64,000 bases of DNA from the NCBI RefSeq assembly GCF_004010195.1, contig NC_057750.1, positions 2,610,112 to 2,674,111 on the forward strand, read 5' to 3'. Source of the DNA: Chiloscyllium plagiosum. Lineage: Eukaryota. Position 1 is the stretch's first letter; every line of letters starts with the position of its first letter. Position numbers and translations under genes: made by a program. This document shows positions 12,041 through 24,929 of the stretch, one piece after another. Under the pieces are notes generated by a model. The model worked only from the letters and a program-made list of their open reading frames with translations. It was not told the origin of the DNA and did no database searches.

Positions 12041-13990
12041 AATTGTCCCTTGAACCGAATGGCCTGCTTGGCCATTTCAGAGGGCAATTAAGGTCAGCCA
12101 CATTGCTGTGGCTCTGGAACCCCATGAGGGCAAGAGCAGCTAATGAATGGTAGATTTCCCTCCCTAAAAAGGACATTAGTGAACTAGATGGACTTTCCGA
12201 CAAAGCTTTGACAGCACCTTCCAAACCCACAAGCACCTCCATCTAGGAGGACAAGGGCAGCAGATACATGGGAACACCACCCCCTGGGGGTTCCTCCTCC
12301 GAGCCACTCACCATCCCGCCTGGAAACATATCACTGATCCTTCGGTATTGAGACCATAGAAATAGGGACAGGCGTAGGCCATTCAGCCCCTTGAGCCTGC
12401 TCCGCCATTCAATAGGATCAAGGGTGAGCCAATATTCCTCACATCCATTTACCTGCCCTTTCCCTGTTACTCTTGATTCCCCGACTGATCGAGAATCTCT
12501 CTGTCTCAGCCTTAAATATACACACAAGGAGTTCCAAAGACTCTCAAACCCTCAGTGAAGAAATTCCTCCTCAATCTCAGTCTGAAATTGGTGACCCTTT
12601 ACCCGGAGACTATGCCCCTTGGACCCAGACACTTCCAAGAGGGAAGCATCCGTTCAGCATTTACCCTGTCTAGCCCCTTAAAAATCTGATATGTTTCGCC
12701 AGAGTAAAGTCCTGGAATTCCCTCCCTAACAGCACTGCAGCTGTCCCTAAATCTTAGTCAAAAATCATAGAATTACAACTGTTAAAAGAATTGCGGCTTT
12801 GCCAGCACATGGACTGCAGAAGTTCACCACCGCCTTTGCCAGAACAGCTGGTCGAGAGATAAAGTCTGACCCAGCCAGTGACGCCCACAGCCCATGAACA
12901 AGTAAGAAGTTTTTCTTTGAAAACGGACAATGCTTGTCAGGTCACCATTGCTGAGAACAGTCTTACATTCCAGCTTTTTACCAGTTGGATTGACATTCGA
13001 TTAGCTGCTGTGGTGGGATTTGAAACCATGACCCCCCCAAAACCTGAGCTGGACCCCCCAAAACCTGAGCTGGCTAATGCAGTGACATGTAGCACCAACG
13101 CACATTCTTCCCATAGAGAACCACAATAGTGGAGGGGGGAGCGGGGAAGCAGAGATCACTCTGACTGCACGGTTAGATCACAGGTTCTCAGAAGGAAGGG
13201 GACAGTTATACAGCACGGAAACAGACCCTTCGGTCCAACTAGTCCATGCTGACCAAATTTCCCAAAGTAACCTAGTCCCACTTGTCTGCATTTGGCCCAT
13301 ATCCCTGTACACCCTTTGTATTCATGTACCTGTCCAAAAGTCTTTTAAATGTTGTAACTGTGCCTGCATCTATCACTTCCTCTGGCAGTTCATTCCACAC
13401 ATGAACCACCTTCTGTATGAAAACATAGCCCCTTAAATTTAAACAGGGGCCTTTCTCCTCTTCCCTTAAAAATATGCCCCCTTGGTTTGAAATCACACAC
13501 CCTAGGGAAAAGACCTTCACTATTCCCCTCATGATTTTATAAACCTCTATAAAAGGTCATCCCTCAACCTCCTGTGCTCCAGGGAAACAAAGTCCCAGTC
13601 TACGTGGCTTCTCCCTCTAACTAGAGCCCTCTATTCCCAGTAACATCCTGGTAAATCTTTTCTGAACACTCTACAGTTTAATGATGTCTTTCCTGTAGGA
13701 GGGTGACCAGAACTGTACACAGTACTCCAAAACTCACTGTTTCACTTCCCCATCAGGAAGTGTAGCCCTCATGGAGACCAGCAGCAGGAATAGGCCATTC
13801 GGCCCCTCAAGTCTGCTCCGCCATTCAGTACGACTATTGCTAATCCTCCGTCTCAATACCACATTCCAGCTTTATCCCAGTTTCCCTTGCTGCCTTTAAC
13901 GTCACTGTAATCAGGGACATATTTGCTGGCTGCTTCTGCTTGAGTGACAAGATGAAGGAGAGTTTCCCAGCGCTGCCTATACTGGCCTAC

Positions 13991-14164
13991 CTGCCATTCC
14001 TTGTCCCCGCGATCCAATCCGGTCTTCACCTTGTCAAAGTCAGGACCCCCCCAATTCCGGACATGCCGACGGCTGCCATCTTTACGGTCACAGTCAGGGA
14101 GGGATCCCAAACGCCGCGGGTCATCCAGAAAGTTCCGCACCGGGTTTTTCTCACCAGATCCGTC
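13991..14164 (-). CDS. CCDC9: CCDC9 exon 7 (DGSGEKNPVRNFLDDPRR...RNWGGPDFDKVKTGLDRGDKEWQ)
   Basis: tctttcaag|GAC...CAG|gtaggc, 174 nt; NPVRNFLDDPRR and RNWGGPDF motifs of CCDC9. Confidence 0.96.
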
Positions 14165-14819
14165 CTTGAAAGATGAACCAGGGTCCCTCTTTTAGATTAA
14201 AACGCCATAATGTTATAAAAACCACGGCAAACCTCACCTTATCCAACATCGGTATAAGAAAACTTAATTTGCCAACCACAATTCAGTGGCAGTGGAATCA
14301 GTTCTAATGGTGCATAGCAAAATCTGGATTGATATTCCCAGGGAAGGGACTGAGAAAGGGGAAGGGGAAATAAATTCAAAAACTCTTGATTTGCTTATGA
14401 ATAGATGCATTGCAGCAAATCCCCAAAGGGTCCTAAGACAGCACCTTCCAAACCCATCCCTCGACTATCCAAAGGATAATGGATACAGGGGAACACCACC
14501 TGCAAGCTCCACTCTGAGTGACTTGCTATCCTAACTTGGCAATGTATCGCTGTTCATTGTGCAGTTAAAACGGCACCTGTCCTTAGATACCTTGGGGACA
14601 CCAAAGGTGAGCTACGTGGTCAAGTTTAGACTAGACTGGTTAAAGGAAAGACAAAATATCCATTCCTTAAGGTTAGTCATGGACTGCTTTCATTGTGTTG
14701 TCCTCCATCCCCAAACTTATTCAGGTCAAAACCAGTCTGACTCTTCAGTTTAGTTCAGCACTCCCACAGCACATGCATACGCACATACTGAGTCCCAACC
14801 CTGCCAACCAGCAGAGGCT

Positions 14820-14962
14820 GGGAGGAAGTGAGGACTGCAGATCAGAGTCAAAAAGTGTGGTGCTGGAGCAGGAGAATCAACGTTTCGGGCATAAGCTCTT
14901 CATCAGGAATCGATTCTCCTGCTCCCTGACCTGCTGTGCTTTTCAGCAACACACTCTCTATT
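14820..14962. mobile_element. Palindromic family A insertion with 11-bp TSD
   Basis: cagcagaggct at 14809-14819 and 14963-14973. Confidence 0.78.
14874..14911 (-). ncRNA. Minimal hammerhead ribozyme motif (family A), sense in CCDC9 intron 6
   Basis: Minus strand: GAUUC-CUGAUGA-A-GAGC-UUAU-GCCC-GAAA-CGUU^GAUUC. Confidence 0.55.
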
Positions 14963-16298
14963 CAGCAGAGGCTATTAACTAAAGAGCTCATCCACATGAA
15001 GGACAACTCCTTAAACACAGCTGGTATTTGTTAGTAAAGAGTTGAGGTTTTCTCCCAGGAGATGGCTCATGAATACACAGGATGCCAGCAACCTAGGACA
15101 GCAGGTGTATTAACAAGTCAGAGGAGAGACAGTGCTCTGCTCCACAGTCATGTCTCACCCGGCTAATCAAAGCTGCCTGACATAGACTCAAAGCATTAAC
15201 TCTTTGTTGGAGTAGAGTTTCACCAGCTCGTCAATACTGTACTGACCAGCCTCTGTGAGCCAAAACCAAAAAAGACCCCCCAAACCATTTTTAACCAAAA
15301 TCAGGTTAGGCCATTCAGCCCCTAGATGCCTTCCTATCAATTAGACACAAGGTGTCTCACAGACCCACTTAGCCACCCAAGTTTGCTATCACTCACTAAT
15401 AAAATAAAAATCTCCCTGTTGACAGTTGCAGTTAACCCCAAAATCCCTTCAGGGAGCAGGGGGAAAGATTCGCTAAACTTCTACTTCCCTTCAGTGAAAG
15501 ATTAATCCACAACACCGCACTGAGCTGACTTTTAAAGGCGATACCTCACCGTCTGGACAGAGGAAGCAGTTTCTTTGTATCAATGCCATTGCTTGTTATT
15601 TTATCATTTTGGACACCTTCAACCTTCAAAGCTCAAGGCAGTATAGAATTCCTACAGCACGAAAGCAGGTCATTCGGCCCATTGAGTCCACACTGACCCT
15701 CTGAAGAGCATCCCACCCAAACACCAACCCACCCCCCCCCACCCTAGCCTGTGCAGGTTAGATGGATTGGCCATGCTAAATTGCCCCGTAGTGTCCAGGG
15801 ATGTGCAGATTAGGTGGATTAGCCATGGGAAATGCAGAGATAGGGTAGGGGGATAATTCTGGATGGGAATTGCTTCAGAGAGTTCGATGTGGACTTGTTG
15901 GGTTGAATAGCCTGCTTCCACACCGCAGAGAATTTATGATTCTATGACCAATTTAAACTAGCTTGCACTAGGAATGAGGGGCCAAATGGCCTCTTGTGCT
16001 GATTGAACCTTGAGTTGGATTTCCACCCACCACTTCAGACTCGCCTTCATTCTTTGTTTAATCTACAATAATGTTATTTATTTCACCACTAGGAAGTGTC
16101 TTTGATTGCAAATCCTATCAGATCGCTTGGAGCAGCAGTTAGAGGCAATGAGGAATTTACAAGAGCCAGTGGGTTTGATGGATGGCAGTTATAGAAAGGG
16201 AGATGGGTTAACTCAAGGGGTGGGCAGGTAGTACAGGAGTCTCCTGTGGCTATCCCCATTTCAAACAAGTACACTGTTTTAGAAAATGCAGGGGGTGA

Positions 16299-16688
16299 AC
16301 ATAGAAGAATACAGCGCAGTACAGGCCCTTTGGCCCTCGATGTTGCACCGATCCAAGCCCTACACTAGCCCACTATCCTCCATATGCCTATCCAATGCCC
16401 GCTTAAATGCCCATAAAGAGGGAAAATACACCACTGCTACTGGCAGGGCATTCCATGAACTCACGACTCACTGAGTAAAGAACCTACCCCTAACATCTGT
16501 CCTATACCTACCACCCCTTAATTTAAAGCTATGCCGCCTCGTAATAGCTGACTCCATACGTGGAAAAAGGTTCTCACGGTCAACCCTATCTAAACCCCTA
16601 ATCATCTTGTACACCTCTATCAAGTCACCCCTAAAACCTTCTTTTCTCCAATGAAAACAACCCCAAGTGCCTCAGCCTTTCCTCATAC
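16299..16688 (-). mobile_element. CR1 3' fragment nested in ORF1 of the larger LINE
   Basis: Antisense LINE tail (cf. 1290-1550, 5280-5666) interrupts ...ENAGG|DGLSEEC... Confidence 0.85.
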
Positions 16689-16924
16689 GATGGACTCTCA
16701 GAGGAATGCAGCACAATCAGCCTAGTTTCTGGTATCAAGACTGGTTCTAAATGTAATGATGAGGGGAACATTGAGTTCCAAATGACCAATTGTGTTAGGG
16801 GATTCTCTAATCTGAGGCACAGACAGATATTTCTGTGGCCAACAGCAAAAAATCAGAATGGCGCGTTGCCTCCCTGGTGCCAGGATCAAGGATGGCTCAG
16901 AGAGGGTGCAGAACATTCTCAAGG

Positions 16925-17432
16925 GGGAGAGGGACCAGCAGGAGGTCATTGTTCACATTGGAACTAACAACATAAGAAGGGAAAAGGATGAGATTCTGAA
17001 GAGAGATTACAGAGAGTTAGGCAGGAATTTAAAAAGGAGATCCTCGAGAGTAGTAATATTTGGATTACTAACGGTGTTAAGAGCTATAGAGCAGATGAAT
17101 GTGTGGCTGAGGAGCTGGCACGGGGAGATGGATTCACATTTTTGGATCATTGGAAACTTTTCTGGGGTAAAAGTGACCGGGAGAGGGACCAGCAGGAGAT
17201 CATTGTTCACACTGGAACTAACAACATAAGAAGGGAAAAGGATGAGATTCTGAAGAGAGATTACAGAGAGTTAGGCAGGAATTTAAAAAGGAGATCCTCG
17301 AGAGTAGTAATATTTGGATTACTAACGGTGTTAAGAGCTATAGAGCAGATGAATGTGTGGCTGAGGAGCTGGCACGGGGAGATGGATTCACATTTTTGGA
17401 TCATTGGAAACTTTTCTGGGGTAGAAGTGACC
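16925..17432 (+). repeat. 254-bp tandem duplication inside LINE ORF1
   Basis: 16925-17178 repeats at 17179-17432 with about 3 substitutions. Confidence 0.95.
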
Positions 17433-19070
17433 AGTACAAGGAGGACAGATTGCACCTGAATTGGAAGGGGACTAATATACTGGCAGGGAGATTTGCTAGA
17501 GCTGCTCAGGATGATTTAAACTAGGAAGGCTTTTTTTTTGATGGGGGGGGGGGGGTTAGTGGAGACCCAGGAAGATGGTGAGGAAAGAGATCAATCCAAG
17601 ACTGGTACAGTTGGCAAAAGGAGTGAGTCAAGGCAGGCAGGGAACAAGGTAGGACTGAAAAATTTAACTGCATTTATTTCAATGCAAGTTGCCTAACAGG
17701 GAAGGCAGATGAACTCAGGGCATGGTTAGGAACAAGGGACTGGGATATCAAAGCAATTACTGAAACATGGCTCAGGGATGGGCAGGACTGGCAGTTTAAT
17801 GTTCCAGGATACAAATGCTACAGGAAGGTCAGAAAGGGAGGGGGGTGCAAGAGAGGGCGGGAGTGGCTTTTTTGATAAGGGTTAGCATTATTGCTGTACT
17901 TAGGGAGGATATTCCTGGGAATACACTCAGAAGCTATTTAGGTGGAACTGAGAAATAAGAAAGGGATGACCACCTTATTGGGATTGTTTTATAGATCCCC
18001 TAATAGTCGGAGGGAAATTGAGAAACAAATTTGTATGGAGATCTCAGTTATCTGTAAGAATAATCGAGTGGTTATGGTAGGGGATTTTAACTTTCCAAAC
18101 ATAGATTGGGACTGCCATAGTGTTAAGGGTTTAGATGGAGAGCAATTTGTTAAGTGTGTACAAGAAAACTTTCTGATTCAGTATGTGGATGTACCTACTA
18201 GAGAAGGTGCAAAACTTGACCTACTCTTGGGAAATAAGGCAGGGCAGGTGACTGAGGTGTCAGTGGGGCCAGCGACCATAATTCTATTAGTTTGAAAATA
18301 GTGATGGAATAGATAGACCAGATCTAAAAATTAAAGTTTAAATTGGAGGAAGGCAAAGTTTGACAGTACTAGACAAGAACTTTCAAAAGCTGATTGGGCG
18401 CAGATGTTCACAGGTAAAGGGACGGCTGGAAAATGGGAAGCCTTCAGAAATTGGATAACAAGAGTCCAGAGACTATATATTCCTGTCAGGGTGAAAGGAA
18501 AGGCTGGTAGGTGTAGGGAATGCTGGATGACTCGAGAAATTGAGGACTCGGTTAAGGAAAAGAAGGAAGCATATGTCAGGTATGGACAGGAGAAATCGAG
18601 TGAATCCTTAGAAGAGTGCAAAGGCAGTAGGAGTATACCTAACAGAGAAATCAGGAGGGCAAAAATGGGACATGAGGGACCTAAGGGGCAACGTTTTCAA
18701 ACAAAGGGTGGTGTGTGTATGGGATGAGCTGCCAGCAGAAGGGGTGGAGGCTGGTACAATTAAACATTTAAAAGGCATCTGGCTGGGTATATAAATGGGA
18801 AGGGTTTACAGGGATATGGACCAAGTGCTAGGAAATGGGGCAGATTAGGTTAGGATATCTGGTCAGCATGAAGGGTGTGTTTCTGTGCTATACAGCTCTG
18901 ATTCCATGACTCTATACCTGAAAGAGTTTATAAAACAAACTTTAGTTACTCGTTTTGGAAAGGCTTGAACAAGCAGGAGCCTCAGCACATCCCTCCAGAA
19001 TTCTGGCCTCTAGACACAACCCAAATGGAAACTGGAAGATTAAGTGACAAACTCACTCTCGTTAACTCAC

Positions 19071-19154
19071 CATCTGGCTCCTTTCGTATTCGGCGATCTT
19101 CTCCATTTCTTCGTTCATTTTCTCAATGTTCTGTCTTCGCTTTTCTTCCCATTC
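19071..19154 (-). CDS. CCDC9: CCDC9 exon 6 (EWEEKRRQNIEKMNEEMEKIAEYERSQM)
   Basis: ccttttacag|GAA...ATG|gtgagt, 84 nt; near-identical to the CCDC9 coiled-coil EWEERRRQNIEKMNEEMEKIAEYERNQ. Confidence 0.97.
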
Positions 19155-22100
19155 CTGTAAAAGGAAAGAGACCACCTTGACATCTCGGCTAATTCCACCT
19201 CCTCACACTCTGCCTCACAACCTCACACCCCAGAGGTACCATCCTCCATCGCTACCATAGCGAGAGTTACAATGTTTTTTTGTTCACCCATCCACTGGAG
19301 TTGGCCATCATCGGCTAGGCCAACGTTTATTACCTATAAGCAAGAAGCTTGCATTCCAAGGGCTGATAAGAGTCAACCACATTGTTGTGGGTCTGGAGTC
19401 ACGCGCAGGACAGTCTGGGTAAGGACAACAGATTTCCCTCCAAACAAATGAACCAGATGGTTTTACAACAACGTAGCTTTTCATAACAAATGGTATTGAT
19501 TCTAAATTTCACCATCTATCACAGTGGGATTTGAACTCCTGTCAGATAACCTATGTTGCCAGTCAGGTGACCATTCAGCTTCTGCCTGTGTCCCAAAGAA
19601 CAAAAAAAAAAGCAACAAACCCGAACAACGAAACTGTTAAGGTCTGGTAGAGGTTGGATTGCAACTAGTTCTGATGCCCTGACCCAGAGAAGCTGCTAAA
19701 ACCCAAACATTGTGCAAATGACCTCACTGAGAGGTGCAGGCTCGATAGCAACAAGGATCAGTTAGACACACTCATCAGCAAACAACAGGACCACATCCAA
19801 ACCAAGGCACACACTGAACACACACACACCAGGCGTTTTGTCCCTCCAGATAAAAAGCAGCTTCAGCAAAGGCAGTATCCTAGCACCTCCCAATCCTTCT
19901 TCCCCCGCCCGCCGTGACTCCCACCTTGGCGTTTGAAGGTTTGTGAAGTGGGGGGGATGGGGTTACCTGTGGGATGGGGGTGGGCAGGAGCCTGTGACAG
20001 CAAGACAAGAGTGGGTGAAGGAGCTGTGAAAGTTGGGGGTGGGTGGGTTGATCTGTTAAATCCACAGAGGATTTAAGTAACAAGCACCTTCCTTTCCACC
20101 TGGGTTTGCAGGTCAGGAATCAGGCCACAAGGGAGGCAACACATACTCCTCATAAATAGGTCGAGGTTTTAGAGGGGGCCACGCTGCTGTTAGTACCGCT
20201 GCCTCAGAACTGCAGCCTGAAAGATTTGATTTGTGACCCACAGTCTGGGTTATCCTGTCCTCTCTTTCCAGATGCAATGTAGTTTGAGCAATTTAAATGC
20301 TCCAATTCCAACACTGAAGGAAACAGCAAGTCCTAAGAGCTCCAACAAGGAATTTTAAACAGGAAAGGAATGAGAGTTAAAGCAGAACATGCTGAAAAAA
20401 AATCCATGATATGGAGGAGCTGGTTGGACTGGTTTGAACAAAAGTTAAAAGTCAGACACAACACCAGGTTATAGCCCAACAAATTTCTTAAACATGATGG
20501 ACTATAACGTGCTGTGTGATTTTTAACTTTGGAGAAAAATTAACAGGGGATAACAGAACTAGAGGACAGAGTTCTCACTCTGAAGCTGTTGACTTCAATA
20601 TGGAGTCCTAGAGGCTGTTAAACGCCTACACAGAAAAGGAGATGGGTGTTTGAACTTCAATGGAACCTTCCAGCATGTCCATCTTTCCGAATGAGAGAGA
20701 TACTGGACTCAACAAGTGTGGTTCTCTCTCCACAAATGCCGCCAGACCTGCTTAATTTCTCCAGCACTGTTTTCTTTTTCATTTCAGGTTTCCAGCAGGA
20801 CTTTGCTTTTCTTTTAGGGAGGAGAGAATGTGTGAACCATCGCCACAAATGCGTCACGAAGCCCTTTCCCAGTGCCAATCAACAAAAGGTGCACTTTCAC
20901 TCTTGTTATTTCGGAACGGATTTTCCCCTCCCAAATCTTTGGGAGGTCCCAGTTCACTGCAAAAAGTAACAAATTAATCTCCAACGAATTCTTACCTTCC
21001 TTCGCAAGACAGCAATGTTAAGACATGTCAGGTATCAGTTTCGGTCAAGATTTTGCAACAGATTCAAAACCAGAAACCTTTTCTACTGAAAGAGAGAGGG
21101 ACTGCACCCAAGGGAATAACAGGCACAAGATGTATTGCAGGAGACAACAGTTGCTGTATGAGGTAAGATCTGGAACCTAGCTGGTTTTAAATGGTTTCCT
21201 GATCACTGATAGATGTCACTCAGGCCTCTGACAATCATAAACACAATCTTACATCTGTGTCCATCCTGTCTTGAGGTGCAGTGGCAGTGTCCCTGCCTCT
21301 AGGCCAGCAAGTAAGGGTTCAAGTGTCACCTGCGCTGGAAGTGTGCCACAACATCTTTGATCAAAGTAACTACCCCTGGATCTGCGGGAGTCAGAGGAAC
21401 AGAACGAAAGTTCTTGGCAAAAGAACCAGTGGTTTATAATAATCAGGAACGCACTGCCTGAGAGTAACTTAAGGATATCATGTTAAAGATAAGGTAAAGT
21501 TACTGTAGCCTTAGCAGAGCATAGGGCTGCTCAGTCATTAAAGAGCAGAGAGATGGACAAATGGTGGCGGTTTAACTTGGGGGTCACCACGCCTCAAGCA
21601 AAGGGAGAGGTTGAGATGAACAGTCCCTCAGGGTAGTGTCAGCTAACACGGGGATTGAACCCATGCTGCTGACATCACTCTGGCATCTCCATCAACTGAC
21701 TGGCTAACCCCTGTAACTGATCATGGCCTAACAATCGATTGTCAGTCAGGGATTGTTTAACTCTATGGGCTAGTTTACTTAAAACAGTAAAACACATCAC
21801 AGGTTCAGAAGCATATAACACACCAACTGATTTCTGTGTGCGCTTGCAAACCCTCAAAATGACTAACTTCATTGATTTCAGATAATTTGCAAAAGAAAGG
21901 AGCGTGACATGAGAAAAATAAGCTTTTTCACGCTGAGTAGTTAGGTTGTAGGACACACTGCCCGGAAATGTGGTGGGGGCAGGTTCAATTGAGGCATTTA
22001 AGAGGAGAATTAGATGGTTATTTAATATGCAAGGCACATGGGACTAAAAGCAAGAGACCGGCACTAGGTAATGATGCTAATTTGTGAAACCAGTACAAGC

Positions 22101-22231
22101 ACGATGACCCGAATGGCCTCCTTCGGTTGGTGTAACATATGCATCTTAACTTGTGATGGGTTTTACTGTTTTAAATGCACTAGCCCACAGGGATAAACAA
22201 TCCCTGACCAATAACTGATTATCCTTAACAT

Positions 22232-22430
22232 GGGTTAGTTAGCTCAGTTGGCAGAATGGCTGCTGTGTGATGGCAACAACGTGGGTTCAATTCCCGCGTC
22301 GGTTGATGTCACTGTGTCTCCTTCCCAACCTCTCCCCTCACCTGAGGTGCAGTGACCCACAGGTTAAATCACCACCATTTGTCCATTTCTCTCACCCTAC
22401 TGACTGGTAAGACTATAGCAACTTCACCTT
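22232..22430 (+). mobile_element. tRNA-headed SINE (other copies 21500-21710-, 27400-27570-)
   Basis: A-box tagctcagttgg, B-box ggttcaattcc, shared body cctcacctgagg...ggttaaa.caccacc. Confidence 0.7.
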
Positions 22431-24343
22431 ATTGTTAAAATGAGACCGCATTGAAAGTTACTCTCAGGCAGTGTGTCCCTGATTATTATAACCCACTGGT
22501 TCTTTTCCCAAGAATATTAATTCTGTTCTCCTAATGGGCCAAATGGCCTCCTTCTGTGTTATAAGGCTTCAGTGAACTTGACTCCAGGGTCTCAACATTA
22601 CATGCAAAGCACATATAGCACTTCCAAAAGGTGAACTCTCTTAACAGCAAGGTTAACAGCAAAGGGAACTGCTAAAACACTGAACAGAGAAAACACATGC
22701 AGGGTTCTGGAGAAAGAGCCAGGGAGTGGTACTAATTGAACCGCACTTTCAAAGTGGCAGCACAAACATGATGGGCTTAATTGCTTCCTCCTGTGCCCTA
22801 TCATTCTGTCTTTCGCAAACAATTGGCCAAAATTTATGATTCTGTGTAAGAACATTTAAAAAAAAGAGGGTTTGTGAACAGAAATAAATGAGTTGCAGGG
22901 TTCATTATCATGTATAATTCAAGATAATAGAATGAGAGAATTGTGACAGAGCAGATGGAGGCCATTCAGCCCATCTTGCCTGCACCATAGAGTCAGAGAT
23001 ATACAGCACAAAAACAGACCCTTCGGTCCAACTTGCCCATGCCGACCAAATATCCCAACCCAATCTAGTCCCACCTGCCAGCACCCAGCCCATATCCCAC
23101 CAAACCCTTCCTATTCATATACCCATCTAGATGCCTTGTAAATGTTGCGATCATACCAGCCTCCACCACTTCCTCTGGCAGCTCATTCCACACACGTACC
23201 CTGCGTGAAAAAGTTGCCCCTTAGGTTTCTTTCATATCTTTCCCCTCTTACCCTAAACCTATGCCCTCTAGTTCTGGACTCCCCCACCCCAGGGAAGAGA
23301 CTTTGTCTATTTACCCCATCCATGCCCCTCATGACTTTATAAACCTCTATAAGGTCACCCCTCAGCCTCCGGTGCTCCAGGGAAAACAGCCCCAGCCTAT
23401 TCAACCTTTCCCTACAGCTCAAATAATCAAGCACCATTACTTCGTGCCCATCCCTGCTGTCTCCCCTTATGCGGAGTTTTGAACCGGATTTGTAATCGCG
23501 AGCAGTGCCTGCCAACCCCATTCCACTGTCTCGTGAAATGCAGTTCGAGAAGATGGTTAACTTGATATTGTCTCTGCAGACACAGATCATGGAGGGACTT
23601 TCCTACAGTAAAGATGTTGAATCGCTATCACTCCTTCGTCAGAACATAGGATTAAGGAAGTCAGGGGAGTCCGCATGCTGATCAGGAATGCCAGCATGGA
23701 GCAGTTGGCGCGAGCAGTTTAAGAGCAAGGAGGTGTTGCTGAAACTGTCTATAAAGTTGGTTTGTCCCCAGCTTGAGTATTGTGTGCAGTTATGGAATTC
23801 ACATGATAAGAGGGATGTGAAAGCACTGGAGAGGGTAGAGAGGAGATTTACCAGGATGTTGCCTTGGGCTGGGGGTGGGAATCAGTTATGGGAGATTGGA
23901 CAGGCTGGAGTTGTCTTCCTTGGAGAGAGGAGATTGAGAAGAGACAGGATTGAGATGTAGAAAATTGTAGGTAAAGTAGACAGGAAGAAAGGCTTCACCT
24001 TGATGGAGGGTTCAATGCCCAGGGGTGGGAGGGAGGGCATCAATTTAAGGTAAGCATCAGGAGGTTTTGGTGGGATGTGAGGAAAAATATCCAGCCAGAG
24101 GCTGGTGGGGATCTGCCTGTGAGGGTGGGAGAGGCACGAACCCTCATGACATTGTAGAAATATCGAGGTATACACGTGCGATGCCAAGGGTATGGGCCAA
24201 GTGCTGGAAAATGGGAGTAGAACAGCAAGGTGGCTGCTTTTGACTGATGCAGACTCAATGAGCTGAAGGGCCTCTCTGCGCTGACTCGATCTTATCCCTT
24301 TTGTGTGTATATCTCAGTTAAGCCCCTTCCCAGCCTCACCCAC

Positions 24344-24679
24344 CTTGACTCGCCTCTCCTGCTGTGAAGCAGTACCCAAACCCCGGCCTCCTCCGTCAGG
24401 TCCACCTCCTCCCGCTCGGCCTCTTCTGGTACGGCCACCCCGATCTCCCCGGCTCAGTCTCTCTGCAGCCGGGCTCACGTGTCCACTGACGTTTCGGGGG
24501 CTCCTGTTTGGGTGATCCCCCCACATCATCCTGTCCGTTCTGCTCCCTGGGGAGCGCTGGTGACCATCCCTGTCCTCAGCCTCCTGCCTGGGGCCTGACG
24601 TCCATGACCGTCTCCCGGGAGGTTCCAGGGATCCCCGGGAAGAGCTCGCCGTCTTCCTATTGCTCACCGACCACTTCTC
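24344..24679 (-). CDS. CCDC9: CCDC9 exon 5, low-complexity RG/G-rich (EKWSVSNRK...RGDRGGRTRRGRAGGGG...QQERRVK)
   Basis: ctcactggcag|GAG...AAG|gtgggt, 336 nt, open and phase 0-0; position and RG-rich character match the human exon. Confidence 0.85.
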
Positions 24680-24929
24680 CTGCCAGTGAGAGGAGAGAAA
24701 ACAATTCAACATCAGTGCCCAGCAAAAGGGTATTTTCCAGGAATAAGGCACAGGATTGGGTTGGGAGCTCGAGAGATCGTGCCTGCATTGAATCTTCAAC
24801 ACAACAGCTCCTCACTCGAGATGCCAACGCAACGCCGCCAGCGCTGAGGGAGCAAAGTAATGGTGACCCAGGCTCAAGTTCCACGTCACCAGGTGGAATT
24901 AAGAGTCCAATGATGACCATGAATCTATT

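Larger units (their letters stand above)
16215..18916 (+). mobile_element. Decayed CR1-clade LINE: ORF1 esterase (SGNH-like) region plus ORF2 endonuclease, RT internally deleted
   Basis: CLPGARIKD...VIVHIGTNN (CR1 ORF1 esterase); LFYRSPNS...VMVGDFNFPNIDW...LDLLL (APE endonuclease); jumps to LINE 3'-end sequence at ~18677. Confidence 0.9.

Noticed and set aside
11686..12242. Repetitive ORFs (GNRYRWGTDG...) or a CRISPR-like array
   Set aside because: Simple tandem minisatellite with no unique spacers, in vertebrate intronic DNA.
22232..22305. tRNA gene
   Set aside because: A/B boxes belong to a SINE head; no complete cloverleaf, and the body recurs at 21500-21710 and 27400-27570.
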